A stretch of 58,811 nt of DNA, filler included, from Sphacelaria rigidula (taxonomy: Eukaryota): NCBI GenBank assembly GCA_964200075.2. It is 7 parts of 7 records of this genome, joined end to end, with 100 filler letters (N's around TTAATTAATTAA, not from the genome) between each part and the next. Parts side by side here need not be neighbours in the genome. Positions count along the whole stretch, not along the records: positions 1 to 8,317 come from CAXNAA020011547.1; positions 8,418 to 16,734 come from CAXNAA020011548.1; 5 more parts are not named here. One strand, written 5' to 3'. The notes below the pieces were generated by a model. The model was not told the DNA's origin and made no database searches. It saw nothing but the letters and a program-made list of their open reading frames with translations. The translations under genes were made by a program, and so were the position numbers. Positions 1 through 11,400 of this stretch are shown in pieces (the first letter of the stretch is position 1; the number at the start of each line of letters is the position of its first letter).

Positions 1-37
1 GTACGACGGTCCGGCCTAGCGAGGGGAGGGGGGGAAG

Positions 38-72
<35 letters not shown>

Positions 73-316
73 TTCGGAAGATAAGAGGCCTGCGAAAATC
101 TCAACGATCCTTCGTGACTGGGCTGTTCGGATGTTGTCGCATGCCAAAAGAGGTGGAAACAACAATACATTTTTCCCGGAGATCTCGCCAAAGGAAACAG
201 TGGGCAGTAGTCAGTACAGTCGTACGAAGCAGTACCCAGTAGCACTCCAGTTACAAAGTCATCCCTTGTTGGCATGTTTCGAAAGGGGGGGCGGGGCCGC
301 GCACAGACACACCAAC

Positions 317-368
317 CTATTGGGAGATGCGGGCGCCGAAGCGAACATGTGAGGGTGAAGAGTAGGCG
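317..368 (-). CDS. Probable downstream exon of the Gln-rich gene
   Basis: Acceptor tgttgcag and donor AG|GTTGGT. It continues the 859-1180 exon in the correct phase (A-PTLHPHMFASAPASPN). Confidence 0.45.
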
Positions 369-858
369 CTGCAACAGTCAAGTTTTAGAGCAGAGTGCAT
401 ACACATGCGCTCAAGAGACCGGTATGGTACACTTACTAATAGTAATGATGATCCTGCACACCGGAGTGAGTATCACTAATAATAGTAAGACCGCTGTTCA
501 CCGCAGGGTATAATAAACAAGTCGAAAAGGGAAGACGGAGCTACAGGGAACAATACAGACAACGGGCCGTTGGTCGGGGTATGCAGACGGCCCGCCCCAT
601 CAACGTGATGAAAAAAAATGCAACGTATGCCAGGATGATCAGCATTGGTGCAAACATGAGGTCAATACTCATTGCCCTCGGGCATCGCTGTGTTCATCAT
701 GTTGCTGCTGGGGCGCGGTACATCGGATCGTACATTCTTTGAAACTCACTCCCTTTCCCCTCGCAGTACTGTGCCAGCTCAGGTACCACGGGAAACCTTC
801 CATACAAAAGATACATGCACTCTCCCCCCCCCCCTCCCGTTCGCTCCGGCCCCCTTAC

Positions 859-1180
859 CGTATTGAACCTCCTCTGCCAAATAGTTGGCGAGGATGTTGA
901 AATCAAAATCGATATCTGCCGCCGCTGTCGTTGCTGTGCCCGCTGCCCCTCCCTGATTCTGTTGTTGCTGCTGCAGCTGCTGTGTGTTTAGCTGCTGTTG
1001 GGCTTGGAGACTCGTGAACTTCAGCTGTCCAAAAGCCTGCGGGTTGACTCCTGCGGGGAGCGGTATATCGCCACACATACCCTTGGTACTGTTGTTACTG
1101 TTGTCATTGACGACGACAATGTTGTTGATGATGTTGTCGCTGTTCCCTCCCTCTTCCCCCCCGGGTGGCAAAGGTTCCAT
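859..1180 (-). CDS. Probable first coding exon of a Gln/Asn-rich protein (possibly a transcription regulator)
   Basis: ATG at 1180 opens MEPLPPGGEEGG...QAQQQLNTQQLQQQQQNQ...DIDFDFNILANYLAEEVQY, followed by a canonical donor G|GTAAGG at 858. The function is inferred only from composition. Confidence 0.65.
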
Positions 1181-2759
1181 AGTTAACGTTACTCGCTCAC
1201 TTGTGCCTCGTTGTTGGTGTTGCAGGGTCGGGGAACCATACGGGCTGAGGTTGATATTATATGTTTTTTGAGTCCCCGGTGATGATGTGGTTTGTGTCAC
1301 GGAAACAGAACAACTTTTACGTGTCAGGAAAACAGAACAGTTGATGATTGGATAGATATCCGCATCGTGTTCGTGCACCCATCTGCCCCACGACAAACGT
1401 GTCACAGATCTGTCGTGTCACCCTTATCTGAGCTGCCGACCGTGCAGAGTGCGTGGTGATATCGGGAGGGATGCAAAGTGCACATGAGAGACTTCTGTTT
1501 TAATCACAGGTGCGCGTAGAACATGTTGGTTCGTGTTCACTTCGTATACTGAAAAGAAGACAAGAGTTTGAAATTATCACAGCAGTCATTTCAAATATTT
1601 GACGGCACAACTGTACAGTCATCATCAGTGCCTGTACGTTGTTTGTTGTTCGTGAGAGGCTAACCTCAAGTCACATAACGTAGTTGTCCTTCTTCCGACG
1701 GAGGGCTCACCTGTGTCCGCATGTGGTCCTCAAGACTCTCAGGGAAATGTGCTGACTGCATTAATACTCCGCACATTTATTCAGATTTCGTTCCGCTTCT
1801 GCCATGTTGCCCTCGCTTTGTATGCCGCAGTCGTATCGTATCTACTTTGACGTATCGTGCATGATCCGCGGCGTATCTACACGAAGTCTGTGTAACAAAG
1901 AACAAGTACTGACAAGTGCACATGTTTCGGGTGCCAGACGTGTCATGTGCTGCTTTCAGAGATTTGTTCTGACAGCAGAACTGCCGACGACATATATATT
2001 CTTCGTGGGTTGCTGAGGTGGATAGATGGCTGATAGTGCTACGCGCTGGGTCTGTCACAAACCTACTCGACGTACATGAGCTGTGATGCCTGCCTGGCTA
2101 TCTGTAGCTCGTGGCGCGGTTGTGACAATCGTGCGCCTGGCTCTTCCCCATCGACGCGCATATTAGGTGGCGACCTTGTAAGAGGCGTGCTGAAAAACCC
2201 GCATATGGCTTACTAGACCATGCGGCAGGTGGCGGGCATGTGCGACAGCACATGCAAATACTGTACTGTCAACCTGCACTATACAGAGGAGCAGACCGGA
2301 GACTCCTCTCACCTCTCTACACTGGCCGCAAAACCCGTGTGTATCGACTTTGCAGTCGATGGTGTCTCCTCAATTGACCACCATTCCGCAAAATCGTACG
2401 GCATGTACTGGCTCTACCGCGAGCATAACTGTTACTTTGATCGAGTCAAGTAGATTTATGCGATCGTACCGTGTACGCTTTGTTGTAGCCGAAGTTGCAA
2501 ATAATATGTCGTAGAGCAAACCAGGAGACGATCGTCATGACGATATGTGACGAAATGTTCCGCACCCTGTACAACTATGACTAATAACTGAATTAGTTGT
2601 TTGTCGATCAACTACCGGCTAGTTGTGTCCAAACAACTAGCTGCGCACGATTTTGGAACATTTAATAGTTGCTTAGAAGCAACTAGCTGCGCACGACTCC
2701 CAACAGTTAGTCATTTGAAGTCAACTAGTTGCACACGATTCTGAAAAAGTAGTTGTTTG

Positions 2760-3103
2760 CAAGATTGTGTTCTGTAGGGTACGGGTATGATTGGCAGGGT
2801 ATGAGATTCCTCGCAGAACTTACAGAAATATCGGGTACCGGTTTGAAATTCTTACAGAAATTACAGAACTTGTCGGGTACGGTACCGGGGCTCACAGAAA
2901 AACCGTACCGGCAATGGAGTATTTCTTCAAGAGCAGTACCACCCGCGCTCCAGGTACGGGTAAACATTCTGCACAGAACTCACAGAAACTGTCGGGTAAG
3001 GGTATGAAAGTCTTCCGTAAGTCACACAAGTGTCGGGTGCGGTAAATACCCGGGAAAATACCCCGGGTATACAGAACACCGTACCTTACCAAACACAAAC
3101 TTG
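2760..3103. mobile_element. hAT-type MITE
   Basis: TIRs caagattgtgttctgtagggtacgg / ccgtaccttaccaaacacaaacttg. 8-bp TSD GTTGTTTG at 2752-2759 and 3104-3111. Internal gggtac and acagaa motif repeats. Confidence 0.8.
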
Positions 3104-3147
3104 GTTGTTTGGTGGCCCGGATAATTGTACACGATTCTGAACAAGTA

Positions 3148-4330
3148 CGAGCTGGGCCAGCCTAGAGGCTGCATGAAAGTTTGCAGGCGAATGCGCCGGG
3201 CAATATTTGGAGTTAGACCCTGAAATTCGGTATGGATGATGCACAGGGCATGAAAAATCGGGAAGAAGGACATGAAGGTAATTGTTTGTTTTTCGTGAGT
3301 TAAGGGCGTTTTGCTGAAACTTGAAAACTGATTATTGCCCTTAACTCACCAAAAAAAAAATATATATATGCGCTTCTTCCCGATTTGTGATTATGCTCCA
3401 TGCATTGTCCATACCAAATTTCAGGGTCCAACTCCAAATATTGCCCGGCGCATTCGCCTTCTTTGAATCGGATCTGTATAAATTCGGAACAGTATTTCGC
3501 AAGCCACTCACCGGCCCACGTTTGGTCGTTGTGTATTGAAATTTTGTGTGGGCCCTCGTCAGCGCATAATTAACAAAACTCAGCGGTCCAAATTTTTTTT
3601 AAGTCATTTTCCCACTGGTTGAGGGCGTTTTGGTATAGTTAAGACCATTTCTTCACGATAACGCCCCAACCTCTATGAAGAAAAGAAAAAAATTAAGGCC
3701 CATTTTTTTTTCTATCGGGCACTCTTTTATGGTCCTCCATGCTAAACTTTTATATCAAAATTCTAAAACTTGAGCTTGAACATTGAGATGAGGCCTAACA
3801 GCGATGTACATTTCTCCTGAAAACTCCACTAAAAACACGAAAAAAATGAAGAAAATTTCAAGAGGTAACAAGCTGTTTTTATTTATTTCTGTTATGCACT
3901 AGCTGTTCACCACACGAAATTTTATGGAACAACTCTTAAAAACTGAGACGCGATATCGAGATTCAGGGCATCTAGTGCCTCTGCTCGTAATATATTGATT
4001 TTAGTATAGAAACTTATGTGCGCCATATCTCAGGATAGATAACGAAATTTGGTGAAGGTGAAGGTATCTGTCGTCTCCCCTTGCTCCAGAGAATGTCCAC
4101 ACCGAAATTCATTGTCATCCGCTAAATGCATCGATCGGGGATTCCATAGAGATTTCAGTATAGGCGCTTTCTCCCTTAGGTATAGGAATTACTAGACATG
4201 GGGTTTAATCAACGAGAAAATATGGACCCAAAATTTTAAGCAGATGGGCACCTTNNNNNNNNNNAACTCGTCTGTGTCGATGAGATATTGCTTTTCGAGC
4301 TTAAATCTGTTTGAAGGCTGGCCCAGCTCG
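3148..4330. mobile_element. Tc1/mariner-type non-autonomous element (TA TSD)
   Basis: Perfect TIRs cgagctgggccagcct / aggctggcccagctcg, with TA on both sides. Removing it restores a subterminal repeat of the host element. Contains a 10-N gap. Confidence 0.75.
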
Positions 4331-6570
4331 TAGCTGTTTGGCGGCCCGGAATGTTGTCAATATCGTCGAACAATTACAAATAGACCGTTGGCTGAGATCG
4401 AGCTGACGCATGAACATGTGGGCACCCTACGCACTCACACACGAACACACACGAGAGACAAAGCGCACCAGATGGCAGCTGTGCCACCAGCCGCCACTAC
4501 ACCAGCAGCAGCAGCAGATGGTGTCCAGCAAACACGTTTGTGTTCCGATATCGGAGGGGAACCGTGGTTGATCCAGCAGTTGGACGGGATGCATACATGC
4601 TCGCCCCGCGAATGACGTATGCCTTTGCTTTGCATCACACCGCATACTTATGTCCTTTTCTTTATCCAGGGATAGGTCGGCCTGATCTTTGTGGCCTACT
4701 CCCTGTCCTGTACAGATACCGCTATACAGCGTCTTCATTTTTTCCAACTAAAACCAACAAAAGTTAGTTGTTCGTCGACCAACTACCTGGTAGTCGTTTG
4801 GGAACAATTAGTCGCAAACGAATATGAGTAGTTGGTTGTTTGGGAAACAACTTGTACGCGATTCTGAACAGTTAGTTGGTTGGAAACAACTAGTTGCGCA
4901 CGATTCTGAACAGTTAGTTCGTTTGAGAAACAATTACCAACTATTGTAGTTGTACAGGTTGTGAAATGTTCCTGAGCGTGTCGTCCCCGGTCCGTTCCCC
5001 TATCATGATGGATGATGGAGCTCTACATACCTAGTGCGCCGGCGTATGACCAACTTACAGGCGGTACACAAACTGTTTGTTCTGTTGTTTTCTTCTGTGT
5101 ACAGCACGTGCACCGCTACATCTAGCTTCCCATCCTGTCCCACGCCCCCTCTTCAATTCACACAGACGAGAAAAATGATCCCTCGCCCTCTTCCCCTTAC
5201 AATTGGAGGGTTGAGGGCAAGAGGAGTGAAACGAACGAGGGTCATGTTCAATTCAGAGTCCCGTGAGGGGACGGTTGGTGAAGTTACGGCACAGAATACA
5301 TGCGAGAGGATGCGTCGGCAAATACCAGTGCATTTTCCCCCATATACGAGAAGCGGTAAATACGAAGGTTATCGCCCCCTTCCTCACAGAATATGGGATA
5401 ATAGATACAGCATAAGAGAAGTGGAAGGAAGCGGGGTCATAATCAAAATCATAGCCTCGTGGAAGACTAGTTGAGGCGAGGGGCCCCACATCAGGACATG
5501 ACACCCCTTCCCCCAAGCCGTCAAGAGTGAGGAAATGATCGAATCAAATTGGCAAAAACTTTATCCTTCCTGTTTCTTCACCAGTATATGGTATTGAACG
5601 ATCATTTCGATCACCCAGGGTTTGCCTCGACGTGAACGGCCCAAAAACGAGGAGTTTTGGTGTGCCAGTTGTTCTTGTGGCCATCGAAGAGCAAATTTTG
5701 CCCGCTGGATAATGACATTTGAGTCGCGCGGGCTTTGGCAAGACCGTTGGTTACCGACCTGGCACTATCGCAGTGCTACGGCCGCCATACTGGGGAGGGC
5801 GGTGTACGACGAGTAGTTCTGTGCTGCTACTGAATGACTGAAGTGTAAATGCTGTAACTTGACTGCACGGTGTTACCAGCCGGTATGAAAATGTTGCAGT
5901 ATTTTAGATATGTACAATGTGTGAGTTGCACATAATCACGTGCTTTGCCCGCGTTTGGGCAGAAAGCCGTGTTCATACAACGTGTGTATCTTTATGTCGC
6001 TATCATACCGAACTGCGATACAAGACAAGGAGAGGCTGCGAAGAGAAATGTTGTGGACGTGGTGTGGCCAAAAGGAGTATCCAAAATTGAGGTAGTGGCA
6101 GTTCCCAAATAAAATCTACGAGAGGCGTTACTTTTTCACTTTCATCCAATACAGGGTACAGAAAAAAAACGACTTGACGGCGAAAGTGTTTAAGGATCAG
6201 GACGAAAGAGCTTCAGGACGGAAGCTGACGTGACACGTGGCTTGACGTTACGTCGTTGTTCACAGTGATCGGTCGCAGGTTGCCCCACAAAAATATGCAA
6301 TCAACCATCCGATGAGAAAATGCGTAGCTCTGCACAGCTCTGGACAGAAGCGAGAAGCGAGTCTCTAGTACAGACAGTACATCTTGCCGTACCTCACCTT
6401 ATACTGCACTGCACTGTACTACAGTACGTCCAACTAACAAAGCCGCATGGCAACGATTTCGCAACATCCCACCCACAACAGTGGCGGAAGACGTCATGAC
6501 CTCCAACAGAAGTACCGTGCAGCCAGGTGCAACACTGCTTCTGCGGGGTAGACCACGAATTGTCCGAGGT

Positions 6571-7232
6571 GTGTTTACCACAGTTGGTCGATTGGCTCTT
6601 GGAAGAAACTTCTCGGAAATATAGTATTTCGAACTAACGCTAACGTTAAACCTGACTCCAACCTGAGGAATACCGAGAACCCTCGGGCGAGGGTTTGCCA
6701 CGTGTCCCGTAGGCAAAGTGCGGCACTGGCGGATCTCCACTCGGCATTACAGCCGCCGACTTCCACGAAAACACGTTCTGCACACGCTAGGAGCACTGGG
6801 GGCTGTCAGCCCCACTAATGATCCGAATATCGGCGCCGCGCCCCGGTGGTGTAATGGTCCGACTGTTGCCATCAGGGTGGAGAAAACGAGGGTTCGATTC
6901 CCGATGCGTTGAGTTTTTCTTCGTAGTATCTGATGTCCGCCGTGGAAACCGTGAGAACGTGAGTAAACAAAGTAGTCGACAGAGTTTGTTTGACGTGAGT
7001 TGACGCGGTGCGGGAGTTCTGATAGTCATGACCCAACCCGCGAGACCAAAATGCAAGGCGTGAACCGGGGGAAGAGACGGGTTGTTCCCTTGACACCACG
7101 GACTCATCCCGAGGAAGGGGAGGGGTTCAAAGTGCGACAAAAAATTTAATAACAACAAAAAATCGGCGTTCACACGAAAATAATCAAGTAATGAAAGTCC
7201 AGGAAAGTTCTAATCGACCAAGTGGTGAACAC
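6571..7232. mobile_element. MITE-like element, copy A (interrupted by a SINE)
   Basis: Ends gtgtttaccacagttggtcgatt / aatcgaccaagtggtgaacac. About 200 bp of internal sequence is clearly homologous to 7550-7745. Confidence 0.6.
6836..7161 (+). mobile_element. tRNA-derived SINE, family 1 (full-length)
   Basis: Pol III A box tggtgtaatgg and B box ggttcgattcc. A/AAC-rich tail. TSD ATCGGCG at 6829-6835 and 7162-7168. The paralogous MITE copy B lacks it. The body recurs at 42082 and ~55780. Confidence 0.8.
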
Positions 7233-7496
7233 ATTCACACTGTCTTCTTCCAGCTCAGGCTGGCAATACGGCCGTGGAGATGGCGTTACGAGAACGGTCA
7301 ACCAAAAAACAAGAACTGTTGCGTCAACCGTGGAAATTGGGAATCAACTCTCCCATGTGAACATGAACGTACCCCCCCCGCCCCTACCCCCTTGTATATC
7401 ACGCAGCTGACGCTGACGGTGGTGGTAGAATTCTCACCGGTTGCCTGTGCTGATGATATATCCCCAGGCCCCATGAGCGGGCAGCAGATTTGAGGT

Positions 7497-7806
7497 GTGT
7501 TCACCACTCGGTCGATGACGAAATTTCTCGGAAGCATTTTTTTTTTAAATAACCCTAACCCTAACCTCAACCTGAGGCATACCGAAAACCCTCGGGCGAG
7601 GGGGGTGTGAAGCGTTCCATAGGAAAAGTGTGGCGGTGGCAGACGTCAAAACGGCGCCACAGGCGCCGATTTTGACGAAAACGCATTCTGCGCACGCGAG
7701 GGGCAGTTGGGGCTGTCAGCCCCGCTAAAGATCCGAATATCGGTGTTTACACTCATATCAAGTAGTAAAATTCCGGGAAGGTTCTAATCGACCAAGTGGT
7801 GAACAC
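7497..7806. mobile_element. MITE-like element, copy B (no SINE insertion)
   Basis: Ends gtgttcaccactcggtcgat / atcgaccaagtggtgaacac. Homologous to 6571-7232. Includes a short (ccctaa)n tract. Confidence 0.6.
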
Positions 7807-8251
7807 TACTGGCAGATTTCCTTGCATCCGCTCGTTTCGTACGGCGTTGGAAAACACACGAAATAGTAGATACTTTTTGCATACAGCATATGCCCCACTT
7901 CCAACGGCATTTGTCGTCCTCGTCATGTCATTGTCCAGGAATCGAGAGCGGTGAAGTCGCCGATGCACGAATTTTCCGTTTATGTTAATTCTTCTTGAAT
8001 GGAATACATACATGAATCCAATAATATATGGCGCACACTAGATTATTAAGGTTATTCGAAGCGGACCAAATGCTGTGATGTGTAAAACCATGAAAAAAAA
8101 TCGAATCGAATCAAACAAGTCAAACAACCAACCGATCAATCAATCGAATAAAATGAAACAAATAGCATCAATCGACGAGGGCCGTTGTACGTCGAGCGCG
8201 AAATTGTAAATTTCATGCTTAGTATCCCCCCCTCCCCCCCCGGCGGGGTTT

Positions 8252-8317
8252 TGCTCCGTCTCGAAAGGGATGCGTGGTCAATGGTCAAATGACTAAGGCA
8301 AGCAACAAATGAGTACG
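8252..8317 (-). repeat. Short G-tract-associated interspersed repeat (subfamily a)
   Basis: Reverse complement of gtactcatttgttgcttgccttagtcatttgaccattgaccacgcatccctttcgagacggagca. Other copies at ~25063, 34437, 35781, 37209 and 41932. Confidence 0.8.
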
Positions 8318-8417
8318 NNNNNNNNNNNNNNNNNNNNNNNNNNNNNNNNNNNNNNNNNNNNTTAATTAATTAANNNNNNNNNNNNNNNNNNNNNNNNNNN
8401 NNNNNNNNNNNNNNNNN
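8318..8417. other. Artificial scaffold spacer (first of six)
   Basis: 100 nt of N with a central TTAATTAATTAA. The same spacer occurs at 16735, 25151, 33567, 41982 and 50397. Confidence 0.97.
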
Positions 8418-11400
8418 TCATTCACTGATTGACCGCTTTTCACTCTCAATCGTATCATCTACTCTCAATCTCACGAAAACACTGTACCCGTCGTGCGCTC
8501 TCGGTAGTAGACTTGGTCCTTGTTGGCCCAAAAGGAGAGAATATCAGGAGATGTAGGTTTCCATGCATACCCCGCCGGTCCGGTCATAAGCAACAGCTAT
8601 TTCGAGCGAGGGTCAAAACCTTACTTGAGCAACCGATTTGAGCGTTATTTTCTGTTTCCCCTTTTTTGATGCCTGGTCAAGAAAATGACGTTTATTCCTT
8701 ATTTTCGTCATGTCTAATTTCGAGCCCAGCAATTTCATGTTTCATACGCCGATTATTCCTCTCAAGTACGAACTTTTGTTGCACGCTTTTGATCGATTTC
8801 CTGCCGCTCCGTTCCTCACGATGTCCCATCTTTCGAAAATCTGAGACTCAATTTCCCACGAAGACATTTCTGATCAGCGGGCCGCCACTGTACTAGCACG
8901 AGTGGTCACCGAGCACCTCAACGGTGTGTGCTACACATTTTATCGCAGACTCCAAGGTGCAAGGTGGTCCGAGGCGTCACCTTTCCCCCCTTCCTTATGT
9001 ATTGGCGGTGGTACACATTTTCGAGCTTCGTAGACGACCAAAAAGTCGAAGTCAGGTCAAAGTAGGTCTTCCGAAAGGGACGGCGAGGGAGCGTACGAGA
9101 GCATGACGCAAATTTACCAAGGTCAATTGCTAGTTTGGTGTGATCCCCTGCCCGTTTTTCCACACACAGGGACATTATTTCGACGGACAACGACTCGCGC
9201 AAATGAAAGAAGTCACAGCTACATTTATATGAAAAACCACAAATCAACCAAGCATTTTCAACGCACTAGACAAGAATGCGTGACGAAGAGCGCATCGTAC
9301 TACATGCTCTCGGGCTGCAAACCGATAAAACACACGGTTCGCGCCAAATTCCCGCCAGAGCTCTCCACATCATGCAAGCTTGCAGCCATTCATGAGTTGC
9401 CCCCACCCCCTGTCCTCCTTTACGAGAGACTACAACAGTGCATTAGTGTATCAACAATCGACCGATCAGTGCCTTTCTTAACTCGTTACCTGTACAGCAG
9501 CAGCAGTTGGAGCATTGTGGGGAGAGGTCCATAAACCCCTTGCCCTGGTGCGACCAGTCATAGAGGGAAAGAATGTTCAACTTCTCGCGGTGGTCCACCA
9601 ACGAAACGGCGGGTACCATTAGATCGAGTAAAGCAAGAGCTGTCTACCTGCAAGCACCTGCTACCTCGCCTTTTTCTTTAACCCCACCCCCCCCCCCCCC
9701 CCCCCCCCCCACCCCACCCCCCCCCCCCCCCCGCNNNNNNNNNNGGGGGCAAATAGAAAGGGAAAAACAAAAGGTGTCCCCCCCCCCCCCCCCCCCCCCC
9801 CCCCTTTTTCTTTCCCCCCCCCCCCCCCCCCCCCCATCTATAACACCAGGCACTCGCCAATCTCAAGGCCAGGCCTGTGTGCATTCATTCTTTGCCTTGT
9901 CCCGCCCCAACACACGACTGAGGGATAAATCAAGTCCCAACATCGCAGCCACTTTCCAACACTAACATTCGTCGCCTCCGACGAAATAGTCAAAATGTTC
10001 TCAAGCACGCAGCCAAGGGATGGTACTACTGATTCATCCTGACGAACGTAAAGCAATGAACAGTGAACGACTGCGCTCACTGCTGCTACCGCGACGCCAC
10101 CATGACGACGAAAAAGCAATCGATGGTTTTCTCAACATGCGGTTCAGCGAAGTCGGACCACCACACACGTCACACACAAACGTATACGTCGTGCACCACA
10201 ACCAGCAAGGTTATTTCCTCTCGTAGGCACCACCACTTCTTCGAGGCATCTGCCCACCCACGTCTCACTTGAGGACCCTCTAGATGTTTGATACAACATG
10301 TAGAAACACAAGAACCAGGGGGGGAATGGTGGAACGCTACTGCATGGGGTCACATCCTGCCATCTCTCATGCGATAATCCTGTACGGACTTCCAAGACAG
10401 CCGCTACCGGTGCAATATATGAAACCATGTTAGTACATCCATAGTCACGGATTCTCTCCCACCGTTGTCACAAGCCCTGCAGAAGTCAGCACCATCCAAA
10501 CTGCGAATAACATTGCCAACCCGAAAGTTGTTACCTACAGCAGCAAATCGCCGTCTACATGCTACAGGACCACAACAACGCAGAGACGAACTTGAACCCA
10601 CGGAGAAGAATTCAAGTATATTCGAAGCATTTGGCATAGCAGATGAGACCAATAACTGGACTCCTTGATCAACCCAAAGCGAAAACCTCACGTGCAGACT
10701 GATATTGTCACGCGACCGCCCAGCGCGGTGGACGTGCTGATCCGGGGCGGGTGTCTCTTATAGACTACCACCATTACCATAGCATCGGACATGGGGAAGT
10801 GGTACAACTTCATCACCATATCAACCGAAACCGCAAGTGCAAACAAAGTACCTAAAATGATACCATCGCTAATGGAACGCTGCGAAATGTAGTACAATAT
10901 AAGGCGCATGCCCCTTTCGCAAAATCCTCGTCCAGCATCTCTTATGAATCCAACCGAAAAACAACAAGCAAAAACAACGTATGAGGGCCAATCACTGAAT
11001 TCATCCACCCCGACCCATCACCAAACCCCCCCGTCTCTGGCTCTGTCTATATCCCCGCGCCCTCCTCTCTTTTCTTCTGCCTGTGTCTCGGCCTCCCTCG
11101 TCCTTCTGCGTCTCCGTGTTTTCCCCATCCTTGTTCTTGTCTTCGTCTCATCTCGCCGCGAGCATTCCGAATAGAGTATGAGCTCTGCACCTACACCTGG
11201 CTGGTGAAAAATCATTCTTTGTAAATCAACAACAAACGTCAAGTTGCAACATCATAACTGATGGCTGTGTGGGTAAAACTTCGTATAATACGGTTCTATG
11301 CGTAGAGTAGTGAAGAATATCGTAGTAGGTGCTGTAGATGTGGACAACGTACCACTGGAGTGGCCAATGGTGGTGAAGCTCTCACGCAACTTTGTTGATC

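Larger units (their letters stand above)
2562..4962. mobile_element. Non-autonomous TIR DNA transposon with a 10-bp TSD (Mutator-like), hosting nested insertions
   Basis: TIRs gcaccctgtacaacta / tagttgtacaggttgt. Identical flanking direct repeat GAAATGTTCC at 2552-2561 and 4963-4972. Subterminal aactag/tagttg motif arrays at both ends. Confidence 0.75.

Noticed and set aside
6836..6910. tRNA gene
   Set aside because: It has A/B boxes but no convincing cloverleaf. It is attached to a repeated body, tail and TSD, so it is a SINE head. The same applies to ~37745-37815 and ~55620-55690.
8362..8373. Recurrent TTAATTAATTAA motif
   Set aside because: It is an artificial six-frame stop linker within the N spacers.
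9573..9965. Poly-Pro/poly-Gly ORFs (also 34091-34536 and 46698-47062)
   Set aside because: They derive from C/G homopolymers flanking 10-N gaps, where the sequence is unreliable.
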